IMG/VR virus record: IMGVR_UViG_3300021375_001810
Length of the DNA: 64,000 bases
Strand: one strand, 5' to 3'
Source of the DNA: a virus
Positions 45,209 to 59,800 of this stretch are shown piece by piece (position 1 is the first letter of the stretch; every line of letters begins with the position of its first letter). The notes below the pieces were generated by a model. The model was not told the DNA's origin, ran no database searches, and saw nothing but the letters and a program-made list of their open reading frames with translations. A program made the translations under genes and the position numbers.

Positions 45209-47223
45209 TAGCCCCCAACTCCTGTGTATATGATATAATTAACTGTTAAGTATGGATTCATTAAGTTTACAGCATCGCCGTTTCCGCCAATTTCCATGCC
45301 GCCCGTTCTTGGATATTTTAATCCGTTTGCTGTACCTACCAAGTCTGTATCAATAATTGCATCACTATCGCCTGAAACAGTTGAGTCCGGATTAATGACA
45401 TAGTACTGTTGTGGTGTTGCTCCATCATCTTTAAGTTCGTGTTTGTGATCTGGTAAGTTGTCAACTGTAATAGTTGCTGTTTCAGCACCACTTTTAGCAC
45501 CTAATGTATCTGCTGACGGAACAATGTTTGCCGCTGTGCCGCCCATGTTGTCTGCACCTAGTGGCATTCTACCTCTTAAATCAGGTAGTGTAAAGTATCC
45601 TGTTGGAGCAGAGTTATCATATGTATTGCCAATAACTTGTTCAAGTTTTTCATACGCTGATGCTAACTCATTTTGTCCATGACATAGTAGCCATCCATCT
45701 GGTGCTGTACTTCCTGCATAAGGAACAATAGTACCTACCGGTGTTAATCCTGTTATTTGATCAAATATAGTTGAGCGTCTTACTTTGTAAATACCAATTT
45801 CGCCGCTAACTCTGTTAACTAAGAATTCATCATCTGTTTGTGAATTCTCTTTTATAGTTTTTTGAGATATAAATTCGTTTGTAACTTGTGTTTGGAAAGT
45901 AACTGTACCTTGTTGTCCGTCAAAGTCAATATCAAGTAGACTTTCAACATCACCTGTCATTCTAAATACACTTGGTGATGACAGTTTATCTGCACTACCT
46001 GCTCTACCACTTACACTACCTTGTACGTTACCGTTCAACGATCCTATAAACTCAGTAGCATACATTGCTTTCCATTTGTCTGTTGTACTACCAATTGATC
46101 TTAAATTACTATCTTGTGGTAATATATCATTAAATGTTGAACTTCCAAGTACACTAATACCTGATCCAACTGTTAGATTTTTTGCTACAGCTGCGCCACC
46201 CGCAACTATTAATGAACCTGTGCTAACTGATGTACTATCTGTTAAACCGTTTACAAGTAAATTAGAATCTGTTTGGATGTCTCCGCCTACATCTAATGAT
46301 TTTTCAGGATTTAAATTATTAACACCGATATTAGTATTACTATTAATTCTTAATGGAGTTGCTGTTACACCAGCATTATTAGTTTTAAAGTCAATACTTG
46401 AGCCACTAATATCGTGGCTAATAACACCTGCTTGTCCAGTAATTCTTAATCTTAATGAGTTACTAAGACCAACACTTATTCCTCCGTCATTTTTAATATT
46501 AAGTTCTTGCTCTGCAATATTAATTGCACTTTTTCTCATAAAGTCTGTTGCAGGAACTGACGCACCACTAATAACTAAGTTTTCTGCTTTTTCTGCTGTA
46601 CCAATATACCTAGGAATACCATCGCCTGTAATATCTGCTGTAGATAAATTGTATCCTGGTTTGATAATATCAAAGCCTTCAATGTCTGTTTTAGGAATAA
46701 ATGTATCTTTTGCTAGAATAGCAATAACTTTACCGCCTATTTCAACTTGTAAAATGTCAAATACCGCATCAGTAGTTGAAGTAACTTTTACAGGTTTAGT
46801 ACCTGTTGCTAATCCTTCAGCAAACTCAGGACCTACTAATAACCAGTTTGAACCTGCAAACAAATATAACTGTTGGTTGTCTGTATCAACCCAAAGGTCG
46901 CCAACAACTGAATTGGCTGCTTCTGGTGCTAAATTTGCTTTCTTAAGTCCGCCTGCTGCAACCCATGTAGTACCATCATAAAGTTTAAGTTGGTCAACAC
47001 CTGGTGTAGTGTCGTACCATAATTGTCCTTCAGTAGGATTAGTAGGTGATACAGTGTGTGCAAAGTTTTCTAATAAGTGTAAAAAGTTTTCCGATATTGC
47101 TTGTCCGTATGCTGTTATATTTCTTCCTGGTAAACTTAAACTGGTTTCTGTATTAAGTGTACTGTCCTCAATAACAATTACACCTTTGTTAACCTGATCT
47201 GAATATCTAATATTATATGCCAT
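45208..47223 (-). CDS. Tail fibre protein with a phage tail-collar domain
   Basis: PVGTIVPYAGSTAPDGWLLCHG...FTLPDLRGR...PYLTVNYIIY. Confidence 0.85.
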   Translation of the reverse strand: MAYNIRYSDQVNKGVIVIEDSTLNTETSLSLPGRNITAYGQAISENFLHLLENFAHTVSPTNPTEGQLWYDTTPGVDQLKLYDGTTWVAAGGLKKANLAPEAANSVVGDLWVDTDNQQLYLFAGSNWLLVGPEFAEGLATGTKPVKVTSTTDAVFDILQVEIGGKVIAILAKDTFIPKTDIEGFDIIKPGYNLSTADITGDGIPRYIGTAEKAENLVISGASVPATDFMRKSAINIAEQELNIKNDGGISVGLSNSLRLRITGQAGVISHDISGSSIDFKTNNAGVTATPLRINSNTNIGVNNLNPEKSLDVGGDIQTDSNLLVNGLTDSTSVSTGSLIVAGGAAVAKNLTVGSGISVLGSSTFNDILPQDSNLRSIGSTTDKWKAMYATEFIGSLNGNVQGSVSGRAGSADKLSSPSVFRMTGDVESLLDIDFDGQQGTVTFQTQVTNEFISQKTIKENSQTDDEFLVNRVSGEIGIYKVRRSTIFDQITGLTPVGTIVPYAGSTAPDGWLLCHGQNELASAYEKLEQVIGNTYDNSAPTGYFTLPDLRGRMPLGADNMGGTAANIVPSADTLGAKSGAETATITVDNLPDHKHELKDDGATPQQYYVINPDSTVSGDSDAIIDTDLVGTANGLKYPRTGGMEIGGNGDAVNLMNPYLTVNYIIYTGVGG

Positions 47224-47225
47224 GT

Positions 47226-47840
47226 CTACGCCTCATTAAATCCGGTTAAACTTTGAACTCTTACAGTATAGTCAATTTGTATAAGTCTGTTTAAACTCTT
47301 TTGTACAGGGTGGAAAATAACATGTGTTAATAGTTTACCTGTGCCTGTGCCTGCCGCTGAACTTACTAGTCCTAATTCATCAAACACATATAAACTTTCA
47401 GTATCAGATGCTGTATCAAATGCATCTTGCCCACTTGGCTCACCGTAATCTAGTAAACAACTTACCAATATGTCAGTATAGTTTGTACCACTTACGTGCC
47501 TTGTTTCAATTTTGTTTCTTACAGGATCAGTATTGTTTGGATCAACAGCAACTATTTTTTCAAATGTTTGATTGTATAAACTTGCGTTTGAACCAGTTGA
47601 GTTAGGAGTTAGATAGGTAATAATTCCTGTCGGATCTACTGATGTTCCGCCGTTACCAAATGCCATTTTATATATTGGCCCTTGCCCTGCTGATGCTAAA
47701 CTTTCAGCAAGTGCAATACTCATGTTCTCATAGTGGATAGCGTTCCTTTTATCAATAAGAACTTCTCCAGATGCTGGGTCTGTAATTTTAATGTGTCCTT
47801 GTAAAAGTACACCATTCATGTCTTTAAATTTGTCTGTCAT
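47226..47840 (-). CDS. Structural (tail/baseplate) protein
   Basis: GHIKI...NAIHYEN, FDELGL and KSLNRLIQIDYTVR; likely ATG at 47840; late box at 47858-47865. Confidence 0.7.
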   Translation of the reverse strand: MTDKFKDMNGVLLQGHIKITDPASGEVLIDKRNAIHYENMSIALAESLASAGQGPIYKMAFGNGGTSVDPTGIITYLTPNSTGSNASLYNQTFEKIVAVDPNNTDPVRNKIETRHVSGTNYTDILVSCLLDYGEPSGQDAFDTASDTESLYVFDELGLVSSAAGTGTGKLLTHVIFHPVQKSLNRLIQIDYTVRVQSLTGFNEA

Positions 47841-47860
47841 AATATCCACCTATACTGTAT

Positions 47861-50800
47861 TTATTTTGGTAAGTCAATTGTTTGATCTCTCAAGAACTCT
47901 GCAATTGGATTTTGTGCAACTCTTAGTGATTCTCCTGACTCTTGCCATGTTTTTCCTATCTTTCTTATTATAAACACTTTAGTTCCTGCTACTGGAATGG
48001 TGTTCAATGTTATTGCATTGTTACTTATCGTAAATTCTGCATCTACGGTAATATCTGCTTCTGGGCTATCTTGATCAATAGTGGTGTCAAATACACTTAT
48101 TGCTTGTTTTCTTAGTCGTCTACCTGCAACAAACACTTCAAACTCATTAATATTAGTTGTAGCCCAATCTAATGCATATGTTGCTGTTGAACCGTCTGCT
48201 TCAAATTGCAATGTTCTTATCTCATCAGTATAAGGAACTGTTTGATAAGCACTTTGATCCATTAATTCGGTGCCTGCATTGTATGTTGTTTTAACACCTG
48301 TTCCTAATGTACCACGTCTTAATTGTGATAAAACATTATCTTCTACTTTAAAGTATTCAATCCTTTCACCGTCAATAAACACTACTCCTGGAACATTAAT
48401 GCTAGGATCTGGTTGACTAATTCCTGTAGCATTAACTAGTTTAATATCCTTATCAAAATAATTTAATTCTTGATCTAGCACAAATATCTTACTACTATTT
48501 AAGCGTTTATAATGAGTACGATTTAACATATCCTTAAATATTCTAAATCCAAATCTATCATTAACTCTATTACCTGCAAAGTGTACAACATCTAACCTGT
48601 CATCTTTTACTAAAGGTTTAGTAACTTTTAAATATCTTAAATCTTCAGTTATAGTATAATCTACGTTAGCACTTAGTAGTTGTCCATTTAATGATACCCA
48701 AAGATATGCTGGATCAACTGCTGGTAAACGAAGTTCTACTAAACCTTGTGTTAACTTGTTATATTCGTAATAATCATCACTGCCTAATACTAGTGTACTT
48801 CTTGAAACAACGTCTTGTGTTACACGTTCTATATTTTGTATATCGTGTTTGTTAAATTTGTAAACATCTACTTTAGCATCAAGTGCAGGGGTATCTGTTA
48901 ATATAATTCTATCACCAGATTCTACACCTTTAAATCCTGTTACAGAAGTTGCTATTGCGCCACTTAGTAAGCCTTGAATTTGTATTGTTGGATCAGTAGT
49001 TAACGAAGCAATTATATTAGCCGAGTCGCCAATTACAACAAGTATATTACCTGCAAAAGTTTTTACTGTTGCTTCAAACTGTGTACTATCCGCTGAACCT
49101 ATACGAACTTCTTCACCTTGCGAGAACTGGCCTGTAATACTATCCGAGTCTAATGTTAGTTCAACGTTTCTATCAAATTCATATTCACCGTCATTAAGAA
49201 CAAATACGTCTAATGTATCTCCATTTACGCCTACGTTATCAAATAATACAACAGCACTATTATTAAAGTCCCAGTTAAAGTCCTGTAAGTAACTTAACTG
49301 TACGTCATTTAGATAAACTGCAATATCTTCTGGACTTACTGATGCCCTTGCTACTTGATGTAGATCAAATGTATATTCTCTGCTTGGAGATATTATAAAT
49401 TGTTGATTATATCCTGGATATAATATTTTGTTATCTACTTTAACAACTACATTATGGCTTAATGGTAAAGAACTAGATGGTGGTGTACTTAAAGTAAATC
49501 CAACACTACTTCCGTCGCCTTCAAATCTATCTACAGTTACTTCACTATAACTTAAACTAGATGAAGCATATACAGCATAGTATATAAATGCACCAGGAGC
49601 AGGTGGTGTAATAAATTTAAGGCCTACTAATCCTGCTCTACCGTCATATGTTGAATCTGTTTCAAATATATCTGCAACTGCTTTCTTTCCGTCAACACTA
49701 ATGTATGTTGAGATATTATCATTCCATAATACGTTAGTTACAAATATTTGTGTACTACCGTCTGCAACAAAGTTATCAATGTCAAGTATGTTTTCACCGT
49801 TACCACTCATTGATATAATTGATACACGCTGACCAACTGTTAATGCCTCATTAAATGTTAATGTTTTTTCAACAAAGTCAATTTCATATGGATAAGATGA
49901 GTCATCTATTGGTCCTTGGATCACATTATCTACTTTAACAATTAATGATTCTATGTTGTGCGGTAATAAACTTAAATCAAACGTTTTATTTTGTGTTGCT
50001 GATGCTGTATAATTTCTTACAGCAATAGTACTTCCGCCGTCTGCTACTTTATCATAAACTTTAATATCTAGTGTATCAAGTACTTGTCCAGGAACTAATT
50101 CTTCAGGTCCTTTAGATGTAGTTAGTGTAACAAATCCGTCGCCATCAATTGTTATATCTTCTGATTTTAATCCCGTTGCTGTACCATATGCTAAATTTCC
50201 GCCTTCAATTACAGTATCAAGTGTGAAAGTATCAGGAAGGAAACTACCATCACTAGATGCTTTCCTAACAATAATAGTGTCTCCTGCACCAACTTCGTCG
50301 CCTGATGAAATTACATCAACAACATAACCCGACACGCCTGTGTCATTTTCGCCAAAGATACTTTCTATTGTGGCAAAATCTGGTTTGCTCAACACTGGAG
50401 CAAAGTATGTATTGAACAATGCATAACCTAATGGGTTATTTGCCAACATACCTGCTGGTGTCTTTAAACTATCATCCCATTCAGGACTAAGGGAGCCGCC
50501 ATCCCAGTATACACTCATATCCCACATTGACCAGTTTACCAAGTAAGTGTATTCTGTGTATGCCACTGCAGCTTTCTCTGGATCTGTATTCCAATCAGTA
50601 GCATAACCACTCGGATCATATAATCCTGCGTCAATTGCTTCTTTCATAGCAAGATGTAATGCTGTGGTTTTCCAATCGAAACTTGGTTCATTACCAATTC
50701 TAATATCTGGATTCATTTCCACTGCGTCTGAACTACCAGGCACTGCACCCGGAATACCAAATGCGTGTATGGTGTGAAATATGTGTTCAAATATTTCTTC

Positions 50801-53800
50801 TATATCTCTACGCTGTGTTGGAGGATTGTTTCCGTTAATATTCTTATACCATACCATATCCTTTTGAGCAACACTGTCATTGAATGCTTGTAGTCCTGCA
50901 TAACTTGGTATGCCGGCATCTTCTAACCAGTTAGGTGTATATGTACTTCCGCCGCCATAGCCAACTCTTTGTATTGTAGGTATTCCTGCGTGTTTCGTTC
51001 CAGCGTCACCTTTTAGTGTTTTAAGAAAATTGCGTTGATGTGTAGTGTTAATGCCAGCACCGTTAGGATCAGTCATTAATTCAAATGTTCTTGCAGTTTT
51101 CTTTGCCCATTCATTTGGTACTGCTAGTTGTCCGCCTACTGCTCCTGCAACAACAAGTTTCAATCCGTTAACAGTTAATGCCCTGTCAAACACTGTACCA
51201 TTGTTCTCAGCAATTAATGCACCGTTGTTGTATTCTGAGTCTAACGAACTTCCTTCTCCATTAATATTAAGTCCGTCATTGTCTAAGAATATAGTTGTTT
51301 GAACACCATCACCTGTTAAACTTTGTGTTATTGCATTTGGATTTGCTACAGGATTACCTGTGCCAAAGTTTGGATCATCAATTCTTACACCATTTAGATA
51401 TACATTATACACTACATCGTTTTCTAAAGGTTTAGAAAGAGTTATTTGTATTGTACTTCCGTCTAGTGTAATTATTTCATCTTCAAATCCGTCATCGTAA
51501 CTATCCCAAGTAGTTGCATACCAAGGATCATTATCCCAACCTAGTTTGGCACCAAATTCAAAACTCTTAACTTGTACTCCACCGTAGTCAACACCATCCA
51601 TTAACTGTGCAAAATCTTTTCCGTATAATCCTGATTGTGCTTCATATAAGAATTGTATGCGTTCTGCAGCATTTAGTAAGTCTAATGATCTGTTGTATGT
51701 TATTAATACAGTCGAATCTTTTGCTGGAGCAAAACTAAACTCAATTTGCCCTGTTTTTCTAGTATACCCCTTTGTCGAATCCTCAACATTTTTATATTCG
51801 TATTGGCTACTTAATGCTTGTATACCATCTATAGTTACGTTAATTGTATTAGTACTCAACTGTAAAGGCCATTTAGTATTAAATTTAAGTTGGCTGCCTG
51901 ATGCTACAAACGTTTCTTGTTCTTGTATATCTGCTAGTACAATATCTGTTGTAATCCTATCAAACTTTTGGGCAATTTTTGTTGCTCGAACTTTACCGTT
52001 GCCTATTATTACTGATACTACAGGTTGTGTACCTTCTTGTGTTTGTGTTCCTTCAAACTGTATTAACGGTGCTGAGTAATATCCTGTACCTGGATTTGTA
52101 ATTTCAATCTTTTTAATAACACCGTTACCAATAAACGCTTTTGCTGTTGCGCCTGTTCCGCCGCCACCTACAAATGTTACTAGAGGAGTTTCAGTATATC
52201 CTGATCCTCCGTCTTTAATAAGTACTGAATCAATAAAGTATGAAGAATTATCTACCCAATGTCTTGCAGGATAGTCTGATACGTCTGTAAGTACACTTGA
52301 TAATCTGTCATTCTCCACAATAAAGTCTGATGGTACAATTTTACCAATATTACTATTATACACAGCAGGTAAATCATAATCAGTTATAACCGAACTAGTA
52401 TTATCTTTACCTTCGTATGCACTTAAATATTCACGTATATTAGTCTTATAAGGTTTAACTTCGTTAACATACTCTTCAAAACTAGGTAAGTTGTCGTTTT
52501 GATAATTTGTTTTCTGTACTAAATTACCAACATTATGTTTTGCTTTGATGAAACTTGTTTTGAACGCCCAGTCTACATATGATTGCTCTGAGAATACATA
52601 TCGTAAACATGCAAAGAATAAATTGTTATATTCTAACTCTAAATTACCTACAAAAATGTTATCTCGTAATGCTGTTAATATTTTGCGTAATGCAATCTTG
52701 TTAGTTGAATCAGAGCTAATTGTAGTTACAAATTGCAATGTACCATCTTGCCTACCAATTGTTCTATAGTTAACAGTATAGTCTGGAACGTCAGCATTTA
52801 GTGTTTTTTCTAATAGTAACCAACCGCCTGTGCCAACATTTTCAACTTTAACAATATCACCAATTTTATCATCAATTTCATTTAATTCGTATGTTTCTTG
52901 TACAAGGTAATCAATTGATGTTAATTGACTAAATCCTGTATCGTACCAGTCAATGTAATTCCAATAATCAGATACATCATACTTTTCTTTTGATGTAATT
53001 GTAAATTCTTGTGTTTCTAAATCCCATCCGTAAATAGCCCAATCACCGTCAAGTGTTGAATCAGCACCAACAAGTACACTTAGTGGACGTACTATTAGTG
53101 TTAACGAATCTGCATAATTTCTACCGCCGTTAACAACTGTTACAGATGTAATTTGACCTAGTGCATTAATTGTACTTTCTAATTCTAATCCTTCACCCGT
53201 TCCAATTGCTGTAATTTTTGGACCTTTTCTTATTCCACCTATTGTTGTGTTGTAAGATGGGTCTGAATAACTATAACCCTTATTAATGATGTTTACTTGT
53301 GTTACTATTCCGTTAACAACTACAGGTTCTAGTATTGCAACTTGTGCTTTGGCAGTACCAATAATACTTAACTCAGCATCTGTGTCAACTCGACGATCCC
53401 ATGTTGCAGAAATTGCACTAGGCTCTGGATCTTTTTCTAATAAAGTAGTAATATTATAATTGTCATCAATTAATTCTTGCTTAATAACTTTATTAATTCT
53501 AGTAAATGCTTGACTTACTGCTTCTTCTCTATTTACAAACCAACTTTGTCTTGGTCTATTTAATACGCCATATTTTTGTTTTGCACTCAGAGCTGGATCT
53601 GGAACCGGTCTACCGTATGCATCTTGGCCAATAAGACTATCAAACCATTTAAGTTCTAATGTAGACTTAGGCTTACTAGTGTAAAGTCCTTCACTAATAA
53701 TTTGATATTCGTTGTGTACGTTAATACTCTGATCGTCAATTGTCCAATATCTAAAGTTTACTGCAATATCTTGATTTTCAAGTAACTTGTCGCAATTTCT

Positions 53801-56800
53801 AATTACTAAACTATTAGTAGTGAGCAAATTAGCAAACTTTAAGTTTTGTGAAACAGGATCTATTATTATTGCCGCAACATCAAATGCTGATTTATTACGG
53901 TTTTCAATATTAGGCGTTGTTTTCTTATCTTTAACCCAGTAATAATACTTTGTAGTAAATGTACCAGATATTTTATCATAATCCTGTCTAGTACAGTATG
54001 CAGATTCACCGTATTTTGTTTTGCCACTAATGCCTAAACGTATTCCTGCAGGAGTATCTGCTTGTGTGTCCCATTGTGTAGGTGTTAGTGTAGTTTCTAC
54101 CCATTCATAAATGTCTACTGACGCACCTGGTGCTAATGTATTCCAACTATTTGCACTATAAATTGCATCTCCTTGATACGCATTTAAAAACTTAACTGTA
54201 CTTAAATCCCACCAAAGTTTTCCAATATTTTTTACACTCCAACTATTATACTGATCAACAGTAACTGCTGTATTTGTTGCTGTTGTGTAAGTTGCTGGAT
54301 CATAATATGTTTTAAATGATAATTCTTGTTCTGCAAGACCTGATATCTTACCTTGTACTGGATCAATTAAATCTAATGATGTTAGGTATTCATTTGATGA
54401 CGTATTGTACATAAACGAACCTTTAAATTTATCAAGATTAATTTGATCATTTGGTGTTCTGTGTTCTGTCCAAGTATTAACGCCATCTTTTTCAAACTGT
54501 ACTACTTTACCAATTGTTCCATCAATATTATCATTTATTAATCCAACATAAATTTTATCATTCTTAACAATAATGTCTCTACCAAAGTCTTTAACATCAA
54601 AGTCTCTATAGGATAATTGCTGTCCATATACTAATGCATCTCTAACTCTTTCATATAGATATATTGATCCACTGTCAATAAGTGTTCTACTAAAGTTAGT
54701 AAATCCGTTATCGAATACTGTACCATCGTTATCATATGTAGTATCTAATTCTATGTTTCCGTTGGCACTTGATACCGCTAACTGATTGCCGTCGAAACTT
54801 AACTGGTATCCGAAGTTTTCAATTGGTTCACTATTCTGTGCAACTAGTGTTTGAATTAATTCGTATCCTGTTTCTTTTTGTGCATAAACAAAAACTTGTC
54901 CTTGTCTAGCAGATAAGTATGTTGATCCAGGGGCACCTACTGCAATTAGTTTACCGTCGTCGGCTACGCTAACAGTTTCTCCAAACTCCATTGACGAATT
55001 AGGTATTTCTAATATTTGGAATAACTCGTAATGTTCGTCATGATATTTGTAAACAGCAATACGTTTTAAATCTCCGTATGCTGAAATTGAAGCAATAGTT
55101 TTCCCGTCATCACTAACATCAAACGATGTGCCAAATGCTGTAACATCATTTTCTAATACAGAATCATCTGCAAACTTATAACCTATTGTATTAGGAATAG
55201 CTCCAATAAAGTCAATATGATCTTTAAGTTGTGTCCATTTAGTTGCTGTAAATTCTTCGCCTTGTATATTAGTTAATGCTTTATAAAAATTACCATTATA
55301 ATATACAACATCATCTATGTAATAAATTACTGAATTATTATATATGCCTCTAAACTTAACGTCTTTTGAAAGTTGCCAATCATAAACTGTACCTGTTTCG
55401 CTAGTACCGTTTAGTACTGTATAAATTTTACCAGCACCTTCTTTACTGTTTATTAATAATTTGTATAAGTTGCCAGTTTTGATTATTTTTATTTGCTGGC
55501 CTAGTCTTCTACTACTTACTCTGTTAGGTAATATGTATCCATTTACTAAGTCGTATTCACTTGTTGTTGCATTACGTTGATAAACATAAAACACACCTTC
55601 ATTAGTAAATGAACTTGCTTCGCCTGTACTTACTACAGGAATGTTATAAACTTTTTCCCAGTCATTGTTTGCAACTTCAGGTACTAGTGATAAGCGTTGT
55701 GTACCGTTTCTATTTTCTTGAATCCATGTAAAGTATTCTAAATCAAATCCTGATATTACATCACTATTAAATGACGCAAGGTCAGTTGCTCTGTTTCTAG
55801 TTGGGATAGGTAAATTTTGTGAGTGTTCAAACACCATTAACTTACCAATTGTATTATCATCAATTGAAGTTCTTAATGATGTTCCAATTACTGGACTTAG
55901 TACTTGTTGACTATCAATTTTTCTTATTTGGTATGCTGGTAAACTTTGTGCGCCAGCAGGTCCGTAATCAGCACCTTGTGTAAATGTGCCTGACTGAACT
56001 TTGATATAGTATCTTGCATCATTACCATCTCTTTGATAGTAAACAATTTCAGCTCTACCATTAGTACCTTCTACTAAGATATCACCAACTTGTGCCTGGT
56101 CTGTTGTGTTTGTTAATACTACATCAACATAGCCGTCCCATACATCAACTATTGTGTGAGTATCATTAATAATTTCACTAGTTAGTCCGCTAAATGTTTC
56201 GTCTTGGATTGTACCGTCTGGTCTGACAATTTGATTTAACCAAATACCAAGTTGTGGACTATTGCTTAAGGCACGTTCAGCTACAACTTTATCACTTATT
56301 GCTTTGTCTGCTCTAAGTAACCATTTGTTTGATAAGATGTCAATCCTTGCATCAGCAACTGTATTAGCATTACCGTTATAACTTATATTAGTTATGTAAT
56401 GACTTTGCTTCTGTAATACTTTACCTGTTGTAAGTTGTACAGGTGGAACAGTAAGTAAACTTTGAATACTTGATTTGTACGGTAACGGTGAACTTGCATC
56501 ACCTATTAAACGTACATCTCTAAGTACAATGCTTGGTGCATAGTCAATAGTTCTTGCATTAGGGTTAATTTTAAAACCAGTTTCAATTGTGTCTAATGAT
56601 ATTTTCCAATATCCGCCCAGTACATCGCTTGTTTCAATTTGTTCGTGTGCAGGTCTTGTAAATTCACCAATTCTAAATGTAGAACTTATTTCTAATGTAC
56701 CTGTTTCAGTAAATACACCATTTTTGTTATTAGCGTATATTACTAATTTACCTAATTCAAATTTTGTATATACTACTGTTGCGTTACCTGTACTAGTTGT

Positions 56801-59800
56801 TACTATATCACCTATCTCAGGAACATTTAAAGGATCAAGTATATAAAATATTTCATCTACTTTTGATTGGATTGTATGTACGTTAGATGTAAGCCATTCA
56901 GTGTTTACACGAGTTTCTGTGTCAACTATTTCAATATTAATAGTACTGTCAGTATAATCTACTCCGCCTGCAACTAAGTTTACAGCGGTTATTCTGCCAT
57001 TCGTAACTGTTGCAGTTGCTACAGCACTATTGCCGGTGCCAGTGTCTGTAATTTTTATTACTGGATTAGTATATCCAGTACCTTGTATTGGTGTAGGATT
57101 ACTAGGGTCTGATAAATCATTTTTAATTGTTAAATTATATATTGTACCGTTATCATCTAGTTCATACTCTAATTCACAACCAAAGCCGACCATCCTATTG
57201 TCAAATAATGATCTAACTTTTCTTAAGTTACCGTTAAACTGACCACCTGGAATAGCACTTCCTTGGAATGCCGCACCTTGTATATTATTTGTACCATTAA
57301 CTAACGTATCTATAGCATATGTTGTGTACAAGTATACTTCTTTAGTTGATTTAACTTTAACATAGTACTTGTTGTATTCTAATCCTGTAACACCTTTATT
57401 TTGTACTTCATTAAGTGGTAATGTTTGATCCGAATTATCAAACCCTGATGTTGAAATAGTATTATTAGGAACATCAGTAATTATTATTTGGTCGCCATCT
57501 ACTAGACCGTGTTCAAGATTTGTCTGTAGTCTAATACCTGTAGTAACATTTGTCACATTAGGAAATTCTGGCGGTACACTTTCAAATTTAATATCAATTA
57601 TTTCAGATTTATCAATTGGCTCATACGCATGACTTACTTCGTTCCAGTCAAAATATACTTTGTCTCCAGTAACACTACCTTCGTATGCTGTAGCTGGTGC
57701 TCTTACAAGTATATGGTCCGTCTCAGTATTAGTTAGTGGATAATCACCTGTTAAAATATTTTTATTTTCACCTACACTAGACCAATTAGCAGGTATTCTT
57801 GGACCTGGGTTTGATCTTGCTGTAGCAATATAGATATCTCCAAGATACGTTGTAATATTTCCAACATTATAAATTATAGATTCGTCAAATTCGGCATACT
57901 TGTCTAGTAAATATTCTTTAACTTGAGGTGCCGAATCAAATGTATCAAACACAACATTTGATGTCTGTCCTTTAACAATTCTTCTTGCTTTCCACAGACT
58001 ATTGTTATATTCAACAACAGATGCAAATGGATATGTTATACTTGCATCAAAGTCGTCTTTGAAATTAGATTTTACATTTGATGCTTCAGGAGATGCAATT
58101 ACAAGGTATTCACCATCTGGGCTCATTGTAATAGATTCGCCAAATTTTGAATTAACACTTGATAGTCCAGAAATTGGTGAAAGCACTTGACTTAAACTTG
58201 CACTTGAATCGTCACTAGTATAAACAAACACTTTGCCGTCTTCGTTGTTTGGTGCTCCTACAACAATTACTGTGTTATCATCTGATGCTGTAATTGAACT
58301 ACCAAATAACGGATTTGTAGAATCTGCTTCTAAAGGATTTATTATTGTTAAGTTATCGTGATAAGACGCAGAATTTTTAAGAACTCCCCATCTACCGTCG
58401 CCCATATCATCAACCCAAAGTAGCTCTCTATTGTCAATAGTGTTTTGTGTATACGAATTTGCTTCGGGCAATGATTTTACTCTGTTACTTACAAATTTAG
58501 TTAACACGCCTTTGGCGTTAACAATAGGATCATCTAGCGTTATTGTTGTTGCAACGGTTACTGTATTTGTTGCTGAACTAGTAACTTTAAAGAATCCTTC
58601 AAATCCTGTTAAATTTGTAATACCAATAATATCGTCTTTTACAAATGAACTTCTTCTATCTAATGATATAGTAGCACTTGTTCCGTTTGCTGTTACACCA
58701 GTTACTATAAATCCACTGTCAATATGTTTATAAACATTCCAGCTTTGATCTTCAAAAGTTACCCAAACATATTCGCCTTGATTTAAATCGTCAATAGCAA
58801 TATTTAAAATATCACTTTTGTCTACAACAGTATATTTTATATCCTCAGTTCTAACATACCCTGCTGTTCTAACTTGTGTTTCGCCTTCTGGTACAAACTT
58901 AGTTGGAAACGGAGTATTATTATAGTTAGACGGTTTTAAATATACTTCGCTTTCGGGTATATTATATATTAAGTTGTCTGTTTCTGGCTCTTCTGTTAAC
59001 TGTATTGGCTGAGGACTTAATTTAAACTTTTCTTCATCTAGTTTAATTTCTAATTCGTCAAAGCCGTCAGCAGCACCGTATTGTCCTAAACGTAATGCCC
59101 ATTCTTCAAAAAACTCTAAACTTTCTTTGTCTGCTGCTCCAAGTGCATCAAACAATTTAGTAAGTGCATTTTTAGTACCTTTGTCTTGAATATAACCTTG
59201 GTAGAATTTATACTGGCTAACATCGTCATTAATTATATTAGCAAGATAGTTTCTCTTTTGATAACCAATTAAATGTTGAGCAACTTCTTGTTGATCAAGA
59301 TCAAAATTATCAGTATCTAGATCATAAAAGTCTGCAAACTGATCAACTTTGTAATTAATGTTAGTTAGTAATTGCGACTCTGGTTTGGCATCAAGTCTTA
59401 ACCAGTCATTTTCAGTAAAGTTTTGTGTTCCTGATACTTTTTTGTAAGCACTATAATAAAATTCTTTGTTTTTAACAATGCTTCCAATTTCATAATCTTT
59501 GTATTGCTCCCACAAAGTAATTTCAGCACTGTCATATAAAAAGCCCGGTATATTTAAACTTCCGTTCCAGTCTGCTGTTCTATATCCTAAGACTCTAATT
59601 CTTTCTTGTCTATATCCTGCTTGACGATCATATATTACATCTTTAAACTCAGTTTCGTTATCTAAAATAACAACGTGTTCTGTCTGCTCAGCTGCTAACT
59701 TAATAGCATATATTCCGTCTGCTGTATTCTTAGGTTTAATATTAAATTCATCATCAGTTCTTGATACTGTTAATACATCTTCTTTAAGTTTTGTTCCGTC

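Noticed and set aside
46076-46981. 301-aa plus-strand ORF, and the many other antisense ORFs in the track
   Set aside because: They lie opposite well-supported genes and show no SD or motifs; they look like codon-bias shadows.
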